Position numbers and translations under genes: made by a program. From positions 1 through 64,000 of IMG/VR virus record IMGVR_UViG_3300042691_032331: a DNA stretch of 64,000 bases. One strand, 5' to 3'. The notes beneath the pieces are model-generated. The model ran no database searches and was not told the DNA's origin. It saw only the letters and a list, made by a program, of their open reading frames with translations. This DNA comes from a virus. Shown in pieces: positions 7,982 through 17,684 of this stretch. Numbering within the stretch: position 1 is the first letter of the stretch; each line of letters begins with the position of its first letter.

Positions 7982-8206
7982 ATGGAACGTTTTGGGGGAG
8001 TTTTTATGCCAATTATTTTGGTAGTTATGTTTGTATTTTTAGTAACATTTGTATATGGTATAGTTACAAACAAAACTTATGATGATGAGGATGATACTGT
8101 TACAATAACATTTAATTGTAGCCAAGTTTTGGCTATGGAAGAACAGTATCCTCCCTTTGTAGTAACACAATGTAAAAAAATTAAAAATACAGGAACATTT
8201 AAATGA
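7982..8206 (+). CDS. small membrane protein
   Basis: N-terminal hydrophobic helix. Confidence 0.65.
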   Translation: MERFGGVFMPIILVVMFVFLVTFVYGIVTNKTYDDEDDTVTITFNCSQVLAMEEQYPPFVVTQCKKIKNTGTFK

Positions 8207-8643
8207 AATCTTATACTGCCGTTGTTATTGAAGAAAACGGGGAATACATTGTTCCTTTGCCACAAGAATTGCTAGATGAAGTGGGCTGGCATGAGGGAGA
8301 CACAATTGACTGGCGTGAAGAAAATGGTTCCTTTGTTTTGACTAAAAAAGAAGAAACAGAGTGGGTAATGGTTGAGACAGTGCAACTGTTCAGACACCGT
8401 TATATGGTTGAAGTACCAAAAGGTAAAAGTGAATATGCACTTGACACCGTTACATGTGGGGAAGCAAAAGAATTTAGCCAACAACATTTAGATGAAGTAA
8501 TTTCTAGCCATAGAGTAGTTACGATGGATGAGGCTTTAGAAATCTTTGACAAAGACAATGATTATTGTAAATCATGGGATAAAGAAACAAAAATCAAAAA
8601 TATGTTTACAAAAATCGGAGAGAAGTATGATCCGCTACGATGA
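8203..8643 (+). CDS. AbrB/MazE-like domain protein
   Basis: VPLPQELLDEVGWHEGDTIDW motif. Confidence 0.75.
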   Translation: MKSYTAVVIEENGEYIVPLPQELLDEVGWHEGDTIDWREENGSFVLTKKEETEWVMVETVQLFRHRYMVEVPKGKSEYALDTVTCGEAKEFSQQHLDEVISSHRVVTMDEALEIFDKDNDYCKSWDKETKIKNMFTKIGEKYDPLR

Positions 8644-8860
8644 CAAAGCTAAAATTACCTGCGTAGATAACGGTGAAGAGATCGTAGCCGAAATTTTAGA
8701 ATTTAAACCTAATGCTATATTAAGTGTAAGTTTGGATAGAAAAATTAAACTTATACTTAAGTATAATGCCAATGCCGACGAGTATCAAGCTGAACTATAC
8801 GGAAGGACTTTTATTAGTAAAGGTCCTAAAAGTTCCCACGTGACACAAGCCAAACGATAA
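8627..8860 (+). CDS. hypothetical protein
   Basis: start re-set to MIRYDD after GGAG. Confidence 0.7.
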   Translation: MIRYDDKAKITCVDNGEEIVAEILEFKPNAILSVSLDRKIKLILKYNANADEYQAELYGRTFISKGPKSSHVTQAKR

Positions 8861-8905
8861 ATTTTAGTTGACAATAAATACCATTTCGTATATAATTATG
8901 GTATT

Positions 8906-9064
8906 ATGAAACGTGAAACTATTACATTTATGACAAGCCGCCCTAAGCATAGGGCGCATCGTGTTCTTTTTGACAACGAACTTCCGTTTCGTCCAAAAGT
9001 TGTCAAAAGCAAAACGTTGTATAAAAGACAACAAAAACACAAAAAATCTACGCCCGAAATTTGA
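8906..9064 (+). CDS. basic 52 aa protein, ArfA-like (not in ORF track)
   Basis: LFDNELPFRPKVVKSKTLYKRQQKHK; own promoter TTGACA(8868)-17-TATAAT(8891). Confidence 0.65.
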   Translation: MKRETITFMTSRPKHRAHRVLFDNELPFRPKVVKSKTLYKRQQKHKKSTPEI

Positions 9065-9113
9065 CAATAAATCCATAATTTGCTATACTAACGGTATAGT
9101 GAATAACAAGGAG
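9061..9113 (+). promoter_or_regulatory. early promoter-leader module
   Basis: TTGACA-17-TATACT then CGGTATAGTGAATAACAAGGAG. Confidence 0.85.
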
Positions 9114-9119
9114 AACAAA

Positions 9120-9308
9120 ATGTCAGAACGTATCTTAAAAGCAATACCCGATGTAGGATATGTCAGTGTTGACAGGGAAGCAAGCCCAGGCAACGGATCC
9201 TTTTGTGTTGTATATTTTGCAACAGATTACAATGCTTGCGGTTTTGATACTTTCCAAGAAGCTTGGGAAGAACTTGAACTTTTGGTTGACATTTATTCCA
9301 AAGTTTGA
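9120..9308 (+). CDS. hypothetical early protein
   Basis: start re-set to MSERIL after module RBS. Confidence 0.75.
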   Translation: MSERILKAIPDVGYVSVDREASPGNGSFCVVYFATDYNACGFDTFQEAWEELELLVDIYSKV

Positions 9309-9338
9309 TATTATAACGGTATAGTGAATAACAAGGAG
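9286..9338 (+). promoter_or_regulatory. early promoter-leader module
   Basis: TTGACA-17-TATTAT then CGGTATAGTGAATAACAAGGAG. Confidence 0.85.
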
Positions 9339-9344
9339 CGATAA

Positions 9345-9617
9345 ATGACTACAGCATTTCAAGGTTTGACTACTCAGGAAATTCGTGAAGTTTCTATGTA
9401 CGGTTGCACAGAGCAGAAATTGCGTAAATCGGTTGAGGACAGTATTACTTTTAAATTGTCAGGTCCACTAATGGTCGCTGCAAGTATGTTGTCTGATGCA
9501 CAAGAAATGATTTGCACAGAATACGGTGAGGTTACTGATAATCGTGCAGAGGAAGCACGACAGGCTATTAATCGTGCAAAATTTATTATGTTCACTTATG
9601 CTATGGAGGACAAATAA
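9345..9617 (+). CDS. hypothetical early protein
   Basis: ORF after module RBS. Confidence 0.75.
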   Translation: MTTAFQGLTTQEIREVSMYGCTEQKLRKSVEDSITFKLSGPLMVAASMLSDAQEMICTEYGEVTDNRAEEARQAINRAKFIMFTYAMEDK

Positions 9618-9817
9618 TGGCTAATACTTATGTGTTTAGGCAAATTGCATATATCACAATTGAAGTTGAAGCAAACAATGAGGAATCAGCATACGAAAAA
9701 GTGTGCGAAATGGATCCCCTAACAGGTGACATAGATTACGAAGAACCTGAGTTGCAGTATATTGAAGATAAAAACGGTAAACTTCTTTGGGATATGTATG
9801 AAGGAGACTTAGTATAA
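9617..9817 (+). CDS. hypothetical early protein
   Basis: TAATG coupling, GGAGG RBS. Confidence 0.7.
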   Translation: MANTYVFRQIAYITIEVEANNEESAYEKVCEMDPLTGDIDYEEPELQYIEDKNGKLLWDMYEGDLV

Positions 9818-10092
9818 TGGTTACTATTCAGCAAATTAATGAAACTATAATGTTTGGTGACTTGACAAATGTACAATTGGATTCAATTGTAAGTGCAATC
9901 AAGTTTAAGCGTACCCAATTGGTTAATTCGAATAAACGTAGTATGACAATTGGTACGGACGTTAAATTTACTAATAATCGCACTGGTCAGACTGTAACAG
10001 GTAAAGTGACCTCAATTAAGACCAAAAACGTAATTGTGAGCACAGGAGTAAGTAACTGGAAAGTGCCCGCTAATATGTTAGAAATTGTATAA
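9817..10092 (+). CDS. hypothetical early protein (SH3/KOW-like C-terminus)
   Basis: TAATG coupling; G..V.F...G.V.SIK.KNVIV...WKVPANML. Confidence 0.7.
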   Translation: MVTIQQINETIMFGDLTNVQLDSIVSAIKFKRTQLVNSNKRSMTIGTDVKFTNNRTGQTVTGKVTSIKTKNVIVSTGVSNWKVPANMLEIV

Positions 10093-10126
10093 CATTGTTA
10101 TCAAATTGTCAACCTTAGCAAAAAGG

Positions 10127-10179
10127 TTGACAATAAATGGGTTCGGTGCTATAATATCGGTATAGTCAATAACAAGGAG
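10127..10179 (+). promoter_or_regulatory. early promoter-leader module
   Basis: TTGACA-17-TATAAT then CGGTATAGTCAATAACAAGGAG. Confidence 0.85.
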
Positions 10180-10185
10180 AAGCAA

Positions 10186-10599
10186 ATGGCATATATGTCT
10201 CAGGAACGTAAAGCAAAAATCGCCCCAGTTGTTAAGGCAATCATGAAAAAGTATGGTGTCAAGGGTACTTTGTCAGTTCGTAATCATATGACATTGTGCT
10301 TGAATATTAAGTCTGGAGCTATTGATTTTATCGGTAACTACAATAGTTTCAATGTTGACAACCCGCGTTATGCATCTTACGGTGGATTTACTCCTGCAAA
10401 GGAATATATTGATGTTAACCCGTATTGGTACAAGGAACACTTTGACGGTGTTGCAAGAAAGTTTCTTGAGGAAGTGATTCCAGCAATGAATGCAGGCAAT
10501 CATGACAATAGCGATATTCAAACTGATTATTTTGATGTGGGCTGGTACATTGATGTGAATATTGGTCGTTGGGACAAGCCCTACACTTTGGAGAAATAA
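10186..10599 (+). CDS. conserved phage early protein
   Basis: DNSDIQTDYFDVGWYIDVNIGRWDKPY motif; module RBS. Confidence 0.8.
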   Translation: MAYMSQERKAKIAPVVKAIMKKYGVKGTLSVRNHMTLCLNIKSGAIDFIGNYNSFNVDNPRYASYGGFTPAKEYIDVNPYWYKEHFDGVARKFLEEVIPAMNAGNHDNSDIQTDYFDVGWYIDVNIGRWDKPYTLEK

Positions 10600-10600
10600 A

Positions 10601-10747
10601 ATGCGTACATTTCGAGTTCGACTTTTTTTGAGTAACAGTAATTTTACGGACACTTTGATTGTTGCAGAAAATTGGTTTGTAGCACAGAATCTTGCAATGG
10701 GTCAAAGTCCAGTTGGTCGTGCAATTATTTTGGGCGAGTTCTCTTAA
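10601..10747 (+). CDS. small hypothetical protein
   Basis: start re-set to MRTFRV after GGAG. Confidence 0.6.
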   Translation: MRTFRVRLFLSNSNFTDTLIVAENWFVAQNLAMGQSPVGRAIILGEFS

Positions 10748-10848
10748 TTTTGGTAACACAAGTGGTTGACAGTAATGACCACTTGTGCTATCATTATACT
10801 TGTAGTACATAAACTTTCTTTTTATTAACCTTTCATAAAGGACATATT

Positions 10849-11184
10849 ATGAGCAATACTTTTAAAGTAGCAGGTATCACAACACACAACGGCAACAGTA
10901 AGGTTCGATTTACTGACGATATGATTCGCCGTGTTAAGCAGTTTACTAAAGGTGGTGCAACACGAATCGATCTTATCGAACTCCCTAGCGAGATGACTAA
11001 GGTTGAGGCACTTAAGTATCTAATGAGTCATGGTGACTTTCAAAATCCCGATGATCAGGCTCTTTTGACTGATGCACTTGCCGATCGTGAGAAAGTAAAG
11101 ACTGAAGTAAAAGTAAAAGCAACAAAGCCTAGCCTTGACAAAATTAAGGCACGTGGCAAAAAAGCAGAAGCAGTAACACAGTAA
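10849..11184 (+). CDS. hypothetical protein
   Basis: promoter TTGACA(10766)-17-TATCAT, AAGGA RBS, downstream GAAA-loop hairpin. Confidence 0.8.
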   Translation: MSNTFKVAGITTHNGNSKVRFTDDMIRRVKQFTKGGATRIDLIELPSEMTKVEALKYLMSHGDFQNPDDQALLTDALADREKVKTEVKVKATKPSLDKIKARGKKAEAVTQ

Positions 11185-11233
11185 CGCAATACGGGGCGAA
11201 AGCCCCTATTGCCATTTATAATAGGGAACCAAA

Positions 11234-11422
11234 ATGAAGTTAAGCGATAAATTACAAAAGGTAAACGACAACTTAACAGTTTATCTTTACGACAATGGCT
11301 TCATGGTAGAAATTTCAGGTCGTGATCATGAGGACAGTTGGACAGGTGCTAAAATTGTTTGCGAATCAATTGATCAGGTTATGGAACTTATCAGTGAAGC
11401 TACTACTATGGAAAGGGACTGA
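11234..11422 (+). CDS. hypothetical protein
   Basis: ORF, coupled to next gene. Confidence 0.7.
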   Translation: MKLSDKLQKVNDNLTVYLYDNGFMVEISGRDHEDSWTGAKIVCESIDQVMELISEATTMERD

Positions 11423-11652
11423 TGCAAGTACAACATTGGACAAAGCTAAACGATTATACCAACAATCGTAGAAAATTTAATCCTGCTAATGCAGATGATC
11501 TAAAAGCCCTAGGCTTTTTTAAAAAACATGGACACTGGGAGAATAGTTGTCCCTTTCATCTAGAATGGCCGTTTCAAGATATAGTAACAATGTGTCAGAG
11601 TAAATATACTGACTATATGCTAAGTAAACTAGCTAACAAAAAAGCCGCTTAA
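11422..11652 (+). CDS. hypothetical protein
   Basis: TGATG coupling; ends in terminator. Confidence 0.7.
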   Translation: MQVQHWTKLNDYTNNRRKFNPANADDLKALGFFKKHGHWENSCPFHLEWPFQDIVTMCQSKYTDYMLSKLANKKAA

Positions 11653-11665
11653 GCGGCTTTTTTTT
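11638..11665. terminator. bidirectional intrinsic terminator
   Basis: A6-GCCGC-TTAA-GCGGC-T8 between convergent genes. Confidence 0.85.
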
Positions 11666-14600
11666 ATATTAGGCGTTCTATACTAATACCCCATTGACTA
11701 CCTGATGTGCCTAATCTGTTTACTGTAATTTGATACATTTTTGGATTTGGAGTTTGATCTCCGATCACACATCTACAACCACTTCCTTGATTACTCATTG
11801 CTCCGCTAGCTGTACTAAATCCTGAGCTTAATGGTAAGTTTACCCAGTTAGATACAGCAATGCTTCCGCTTGTGTAAGTTTCTGTCCAGCCTGTTCCTTG
11901 CCAACTTCCAGATGTTAACTGCAAGTTTAATTGATTTGTTGAACTTGTAACACTTACTTGTAAATCGTCTAATGTAACTGTAGTATCTGCCGCTACTAGT
12001 CCAAATGCTCTACGAATGATATTTGAATCAATACCATTAGCAATAACATTACCAGTAGTAACATTACCAGTAGTACTAATCGTATTACTTCCAAAGCTTG
12101 CTAAGAATGTAGAGACATCACTATTGCTATAACTACTTCCGCCTGGTGCTGCTGCAAATACACCATTGCCATACAATACATTACTTGCATTACTATCGAA
12201 ATTAACACCTGAAACATTACCAAATGCTGGCGTACCATTAGCAAAGTTAATTGCTACTGTATTGTTAGGCAATACAAAGTTACCATTATAATCGAATCTC
12301 CAATTATATCCAACAGTGTTACCAACATCATAACTGTTAATGCTTACACGATGATAACCGTCATCTATTTGTACAAAGGTCTGTTCACCACCTAAGTATA
12401 ATAATGTGTTTGATGCATCTTGTACGCCACCTGCACGAATATGAATATGATTAGGACCTGTTGGGTCAACAATTAAATATCTATCGTCGTTTGTTGTCTT
12501 ATCAGGATATAATTGCAATGTGCTTAATCCGCTTGAATCACCAGCACTATTTGGTACACTCTTTATAAATGAATTACCATCTGCTAACTCAAAATTACCT
12601 GTGTCGGTAAATCCCCAAGTATAAGGAATTATGTTTCCAGAATCTACACTTCTAATGAAAGTATTACCTAAACTACCTACTGTAACATTACCTATGCTTG
12701 GGCTATAGATTTCTGCATTTTGTGGTAATTGTAGTATATTGCCTTGACCTGTAAATGTCCATACACCACCTGGTCCATTGGTGCTAGCTGGAATAATAAT
12801 TTCTACAAGACCAGCTGATGCGTTCGCCCCTCCTGTTCCTGTTGCTAAAGTTATAGCTCCGCCGTTCGCTGCCTCAAGGGTTGAAGCTCCTGATTGTATT
12901 GAAACATAACCCGGAGTTGACCCTAATAATGTATTACCACCGTTATCTCCGGCACTTCCGGCTTGAATTTCTACATATCCTCCAACTCCTGCAGTAGCAC
13001 TTGCACTTGCAGTTCCACCTGGGCCACCTCGTAATCTAACAGTACCGCCATCTCCGGCATTAACTACATTTGCAGCTCCGCCATCTCCTGCGTAGAATCT
13101 AAAATCTCCTCCACTACCTGAACCAGCTATACCATCATCTGCTGCTCCATCACCAGCATAGATATTGATATCACCACCTTCCGAAGTGTCACCAAGAATA
13201 CGATCCTTACCTTGCAAGATAATGTCATCACCTGATTGTATTTGTATATCTGAATTAGTTAAATTATTATCTAACCACATCGCTGATGTACCTGATATCA
13301 CTCCAGGTATGGTAAGAATACCAGTATCATCAAATATATAACTATATGTGTTTGCAGTTACATTTACATTACCGTTTGCTGTTGCTATATCAACTGTACT
13401 AACACCATTGACAATATTACTTGATGGCGCTGCGGTTGCAGTGACACCTGTAAGTAAGCTACCGTCACCTATAAAGTAATTACCATACACATTACCAAAA
13501 TGATTTGTACTATTACCTAAATCCATTGTTGCATTAGCATATGGAACTAATGTGTTTGTATTATGAACATAACGGAATTTTTCGTCACTTGCTAAGAAAC
13601 CACCCGCACCAAATACAATATCATTGTGTGAACCTGTACTATCTGTAGCAATAACTAAATTACCACCTTTGCCGCCACCATTTACTGCACTAGCAAAAAT
13701 GTAGCCATCTTCTGGTTTTGTAATAGTATAACTCGGATCGCTAAAACTAGATCCTGCCATACCCATGTCCATCCAACCATGGTCATCACTAACACCTGGA
13801 TAAGCATCACTATAGGCTATCCAGTCACTACTGCCATTGGAATCGGAATTTATAATTGCAGCCTGAACATATGTAGCACCTGTGGTTTTTGCAATAATAA
13901 CTGGATTAGTTAGTACACCTTGTGCAATGCTGTCTGCACCAGCATATAATGTACCTTGTGAGTATATGTTACTCGTAGAGTGTATATGAACTCCATGTAT
14001 ATTTGATTGGGAACTAATACCACCAACTACTCGTAGTGCACCATTGGTTGTATTTGTACTAGGTTGTGAATTTGATACAGTTAAAATACCATTACTACCT
14101 ATGCCTGTATTACCGTTAACCGTTAATCCATCTAATATACCTATGCTTGTAATATTAGCCTGTACAGCATTAGTTACGTTACCTGCATATGCTGCATAGT
14201 TTGCATTAGCAACTGTACCTGTAATGTTTGCTCCAGTTAATGAAGTAAGTGTAGAGCCATTGCCTATGAAATGACTAGCTGTTATATTACCTGTTGAATT
14301 TAAACTTACTAATGTTCCTACGCTTGTGATATTTGGTTGTGCGCCATCTAATACCGTATTTGCAAATGAAGCACTGTTTGCGCTTCCTGCTGTAGTAGCA
14401 GTTGTTGCGCTACCTACAGTACCAGTTACATTTGCACCATTTAAATTAGTTAGATTTGCACCGCTACCTTCAAACAATGTCGATGTAGCAGTACCATTTA
14501 CAGTTAATCCTTGTAATGTACCTACACTTGTGATATTACCTTGTGCACCGTTTGTTACTGTGCCTGCTGTTGTAGCAGTTGTAGCAGTATTGGCAGTGTT

Positions 14601-15110
14601 TGCACTTTCAGCACTTGTAGCGAGTGATACTGCACCAACTACATAGCTACCTGTTAATGTTGTTAGTCCAGCGCCATTGCCGGACACTTCTGTGAAAACT
14701 GCGACATTGCCTGAAATGTTTCCTGTGTATGTAGGAAGATATGCTGCAACGTTTGAGTTGCCGTATGAGCCAGGTCCAAATGCCCAATTAGCGCCATTAG
14801 CATACTTTAAATTGTCTGTTAGAATAGCATTAGCTGCTAAATTTCCTGCAACAGCAACACTGTCTGTGCTAGGATTATATGTGAAACCACTGTCACCTTG
14901 AAGTCTGTCGTTTAAATTATACTGTACTTGATATGATTCTCCACCTGCAACGTCATTATTAATTACGTTCGTTACTTGTTCTGTTGTATTAGTAATGTAT
15001 ATTGATGCATTACCAACTAATGGTGGAATATTAGATGCTGTCTCAGCGTAAACTGATAATCCAGCATCAGCTCCTGTATTTATTATTGTTTGTGGTGGGG
15101 TTGTTGCCAT
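11664..15110 (-). CDS. tail fibre-like virion protein
   Basis: 1148 aa, G/N/T/S-rich, repeated AQ.NITSVGTL units, VQYN...GDSGFTYN motif. Confidence 0.75.
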   Translation of the reverse strand: MATTPPQTIINTGADAGLSVYAETASNIPPLVGNASIYITNTTEQVTNVINNDVAGGESYQVQYNLNDRLQGDSGFTYNPSTDSVAVAGNLAANAILTDNLKYANGANWAFGPGSYGNSNVAAYLPTYTGNISGNVAVFTEVSGNGAGLTTLTGSYVVGAVSLATSAESANTANTATTATTAGTVTNGAQGNITSVGTLQGLTVNGTATSTLFEGSGANLTNLNGANVTGTVGSATTATTAGSANSASFANTVLDGAQPNITSVGTLVSLNSTGNITASHFIGNGSTLTSLTGANITGTVANANYAAYAGNVTNAVQANITSIGILDGLTVNGNTGIGSNGILTVSNSQPSTNTTNGALRVVGGISSQSNIHGVHIHSTSNIYSQGTLYAGADSIAQGVLTNPVIIAKTTGATYVQAAIINSDSNGSSDWIAYSDAYPGVSDDHGWMDMGMAGSSFSDPSYTITKPEDGYIFASAVNGGGKGGNLVIATDSTGSHNDIVFGAGGFLASDEKFRYVHNTNTLVPYANATMDLGNSTNHFGNVYGNYFIGDGSLLTGVTATAAPSSNIVNGVSTVDIATANGNVNVTANTYSYIFDDTGILTIPGVISGTSAMWLDNNLTNSDIQIQSGDDIILQGKDRILGDTSEGGDINIYAGDGAADDGIAGSGSGGDFRFYAGDGGAANVVNAGDGGTVRLRGGPGGTASASATAGVGGYVEIQAGSAGDNGGNTLLGSTPGYVSIQSGASTLEAANGGAITLATGTGGANASAGLVEIIIPASTNGPGGVWTFTGQGNILQLPQNAEIYSPSIGNVTVGSLGNTFIRSVDSGNIIPYTWGFTDTGNFELADGNSFIKSVPNSAGDSSGLSTLQLYPDKTTNDDRYLIVDPTGPNHIHIRAGGVQDASNTLLYLGGEQTFVQIDDGYHRVSINSYDVGNTVGYNWRFDYNGNFVLPNNTVAINFANGTPAFGNVSGVNFDSNASNVLYGNGVFAAAPGGSSYSNSDVSTFLASFGSNTISTTGNVTTGNVIANGIDSNIIRRAFGLVAADTTVTLDDLQVSVTSSTNQLNLQLTSGSWQGTGWTETYTSGSIAVSNWVNLPLSSGFSTASGAMSNQGSGCRCVIGDQTPNPKMYQITVNRLGTSGSQWGISIERLI

Positions 15111-15169
15111 TTTTAATAACTCCTATAGTAGTATTTATTAAAAATGGCTTAGTTTAATGTTGTGTTTAA

Positions 15170-15979
15170 TTAGAAGTCAGAAAGTGACGCTTTTTTCCAA
15201 GTGTCAGTTGCTATACAGACATAAATATTACCAGAATCAAAAGCTATGGTTCCTGGTTGTCCTGGATCAATATTTGATGTAGGTGCGCTGCTACTTGCTA
15301 CTGTAGCGAAAATCATGTTGCCTGCACCATCTGTGGATAAAAATTCATTTACATTACCTGCTGTAGCTGGTAAAGCCCATGCTACATATGTTCCATTAGC
15401 ACCTGAAATATTACCCGGACCTGTCAATGCTGCGAATTTTGTGTCATTATCCTGCGTTCTAAAAAGTGCATAGCTTGTTGCACTCCAATCAATATTAGCT
15501 CCACTATTAATTGTGACTTCTGTGCTAACAAGTACATTTGATGCAATTAAATTTCCACTAGATGTAACATTTGCACTTGCTGTTATATTTCCGGAAGCAA
15601 CAATATTTGAAGCAGTTAAGTTACCCGTAGACGTAACATTAGTTCCTTGTATTTGTGTAACAGTCAGTTTAGCTCCTCCTGCTGATGCTGTATTAAAAGT
15701 CATAGCAGCGCAAGCACCAAATGCTCCGTTATTGTTAAATTGAACCTGAGTATTTGATCCTGCAGGAGATGCTGAGTCTGTGTCAAAATACACAACGCCA
15801 TTACCGTCAGTTTTAATAACTTGTCCAGCTGAACCACCGGTAATTGTAATATTACCTATGGCTCCTAAATCTACATTACCGCTTATTGTTACTGCGTCTA
15901 GTAAAAGTGTGTCACTTGCAGGTATTTCCTCAAGTGTAAGTGTACTTGCGTTTGCGACTATTGGATATCTGTTCGCCAT
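15170..15979 (-). CDS. tail fibre-like virion protein
   Basis: GQVIKTDGNG, GSNTQVQFNNNG, C-terminal IYVCIATDTWKK motif. Confidence 0.7.
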   Translation of the reverse strand: MANRYPIVANASTLTLEEIPASDTLLLDAVTISGNVDLGAIGNITITGGSAGQVIKTDGNGVVYFDTDSASPAGSNTQVQFNNNGAFGACAAMTFNTASAGGAKLTVTQIQGTNVTSTGNLTASNIVASGNITASANVTSSGNLIASNVLVSTEVTINSGANIDWSATSYALFRTQDNDTKFAALTGPGNISGANGTYVAWALPATAGNVNEFLSTDGAGNMIFATVASSSAPTSNIDPGQPGTIAFDSGNIYVCIATDTWKKASLSDF

Positions 15980-16006
15980 TTTAAAATCCTTTGTATTCTA
16001 TATTTA

Positions 16007-17332
16007 TCAAGATATATTTAAATAGTAATAATCATTAGGTGGAGCACTACGTGTTCTAAGAGGATAAACTCTTAGAATTGGTATAGAAGCTACTGTTAAA
16101 GTGCCTGCACCACGAGTCTCAACCGTTAGTGTTTGATACGGTATTGTCTTCCAACCCAACTGCATAGGACTTTCAGCAACGATACCTAATACACTCTTGT
16201 CTGTTCCAATATTGGTTGGTAAATAATAAGCAACATCTTCCATTATATTTGGAATAACAAAATCTGTTGTGTTGCCGTTGGTGTTCTCAAATCTTAAATA
16301 GTTGTCATCATATTGTACTTTGATTACATTACCTGTAATATTTGATGAAACAACATCCGTAAATGTACCGTAATTAGCACCGTTGGCTCCGATTACGCCA
16401 TTAAACTCACCTGTGAAAAATACACTATTGATTAGGTTAGCTGTAATATTATTAAAGTTTGCTTCACCATAACTGTACATATTAGCTAAACTATAGAAAG
16501 CTAGATTTGCAGTCATAGTATTTGCTACCATGTTACCAGACACAGTTACATTGCTTGGAATTTCAATTACAATATTACCTGTACTTGTTACTGGACTACC
16601 TGTAATAGTAAGTGAGTCACTAAAGAAGTCGATCCTTGTTACTCCGGTATCACCCTGACTAGTAGCAGAAATTGTAATTTCTCCCGTTTCACTAGTAAGG
16701 TCAATACCTGTTCCACCTCGTAATCTAGTAACACCTGTGTTTTCTAAATAAATTATGCCGCTACTTGTAATAGGGCTATTAGATACTTGCAATCCGTTTC
16801 CGTTAGCCTGAATCGCAACACTGGTGACTGTCCCTATAGAAGTTGTATTTGCTATAGCTGTGATGCGACCATATTCATCTACTGTAAAAGTAGGAGCTGT
16901 ATACTCACCTGCTGCGAAATTAGGACCAGATGGTATAAGTGGGAGTTCGATTGTGATTATACCAGAACTTACAATAGGGCTATCTGTTACAGTCAATGTT
17001 GAGCTTGTTATCCCTACATTAGTAACACCAACTGCACCGTTTCCTCCACCAGACGCACTTATTACAACGTTACCGTTAGATCCAGATAATGTAATACCAG
17101 TACCTGCTGCTAATGCCACAACACCCGTATTTGTAATAGTTACAACTCCGGTAGTACTGTTTGCTTCTGTAGAAATTCCTACTCCACCGTTAAAAGTGTT
17201 GTATGGGCTTGCTAAATTAAAGACTTGTGTAAAATTGTTCTGAATTTTATGGAAAGCATCATACAGGGTATCGCTGCCCGCTTGTTGATTTTCTGCTCCA
17301 ATATTAATATTTGCTTGTCCAGGTATAGCCAT
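16007..17332 (-). CDS. baseplate/tail fibre-like virion protein
   Basis: N-terminal INIG...DTLYDAFHKIQNNF (gp9/gp10-like), repeated GVT.L.AGTGI and SPITSSG units, TVDEYGRIT. Confidence 0.7.
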   Translation of the reverse strand: MAIPGQANINIGAENQQAGSDTLYDAFHKIQNNFTQVFNLASPYNTFNGGVGISTEANSTTGVVTITNTGVVALAAGTGITLSGSNGNVVISASGGGNGAVGVTNVGITSSTLTVTDSPIVSSGIITIELPLIPSGPNFAAGEYTAPTFTVDEYGRITAIANTTSIGTVTSVAIQANGNGLQVSNSPITSSGIIYLENTGVTRLRGGTGIDLTSETGEITISATSQGDTGVTRIDFFSDSLTITGSPVTSTGNIVIEIPSNVTVSGNMVANTMTANLAFYSLANMYSYGEANFNNITANLINSVFFTGEFNGVIGANGANYGTFTDVVSSNITGNVIKVQYDDNYLRFENTNGNTTDFVIPNIMEDVAYYLPTNIGTDKSVLGIVAESPMQLGWKTIPYQTLTVETRGAGTLTVASIPILRVYPLRTRSAPPNDYYYLNIS

Positions 17333-17356
17333 TATTTAATCCTTATAGTGTATTTA

Positions 17357-17683
17357 TCAATAAGGGTTGAAGCTAGATCCACACCCGCATGTTGTTTGTG
17401 CGTTTGGATTTTTAATTTTAAATGCAGCCCCATAAATATCCTCTGAATAATCAACTTCAGCATTTTCTAGGTACTGCGCTGAAACATAGTCTACTAATAC
17501 GTTCAGTGGACCTGCAGCTACAGCAAAGTCATCCTCATTTTGAGTATCATCAAATGTAAATCCATACTGCATCCCACTACATCCTCCGCCCTGAACAAAT
17601 ATACGTAGTTTTAGCGCAGGGTCATTTTCTTCTGCTAATACCTCTTGTAATTTATTAATAGCTGATTCTGTTACTGTGATCAT
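17357..17683 (-). CDS. erpA: iron-sulfur cluster insertion protein (A-type carrier)
   Basis: [31 protein letters not shown]. Confidence 0.9.
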   Translation of the reverse strand: MITVTESAINKLQEVLAEENDPALKLRIFVQGGGCSGMQYGFTFDDTQNEDDFAVAAGPLNVLVDYVSAQYLENAEVDYSEDIYGAAFKIKNPNAQTTCGCGSSFNPY

Positions 17684-17684
17684 T

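Noticed and set aside
14326-17243. Plus-strand ORFs inside the tail-fibre genes
   Set aside because: Antisense shadows of repetitive Gly/Thr/Ala codons, with no RBS.
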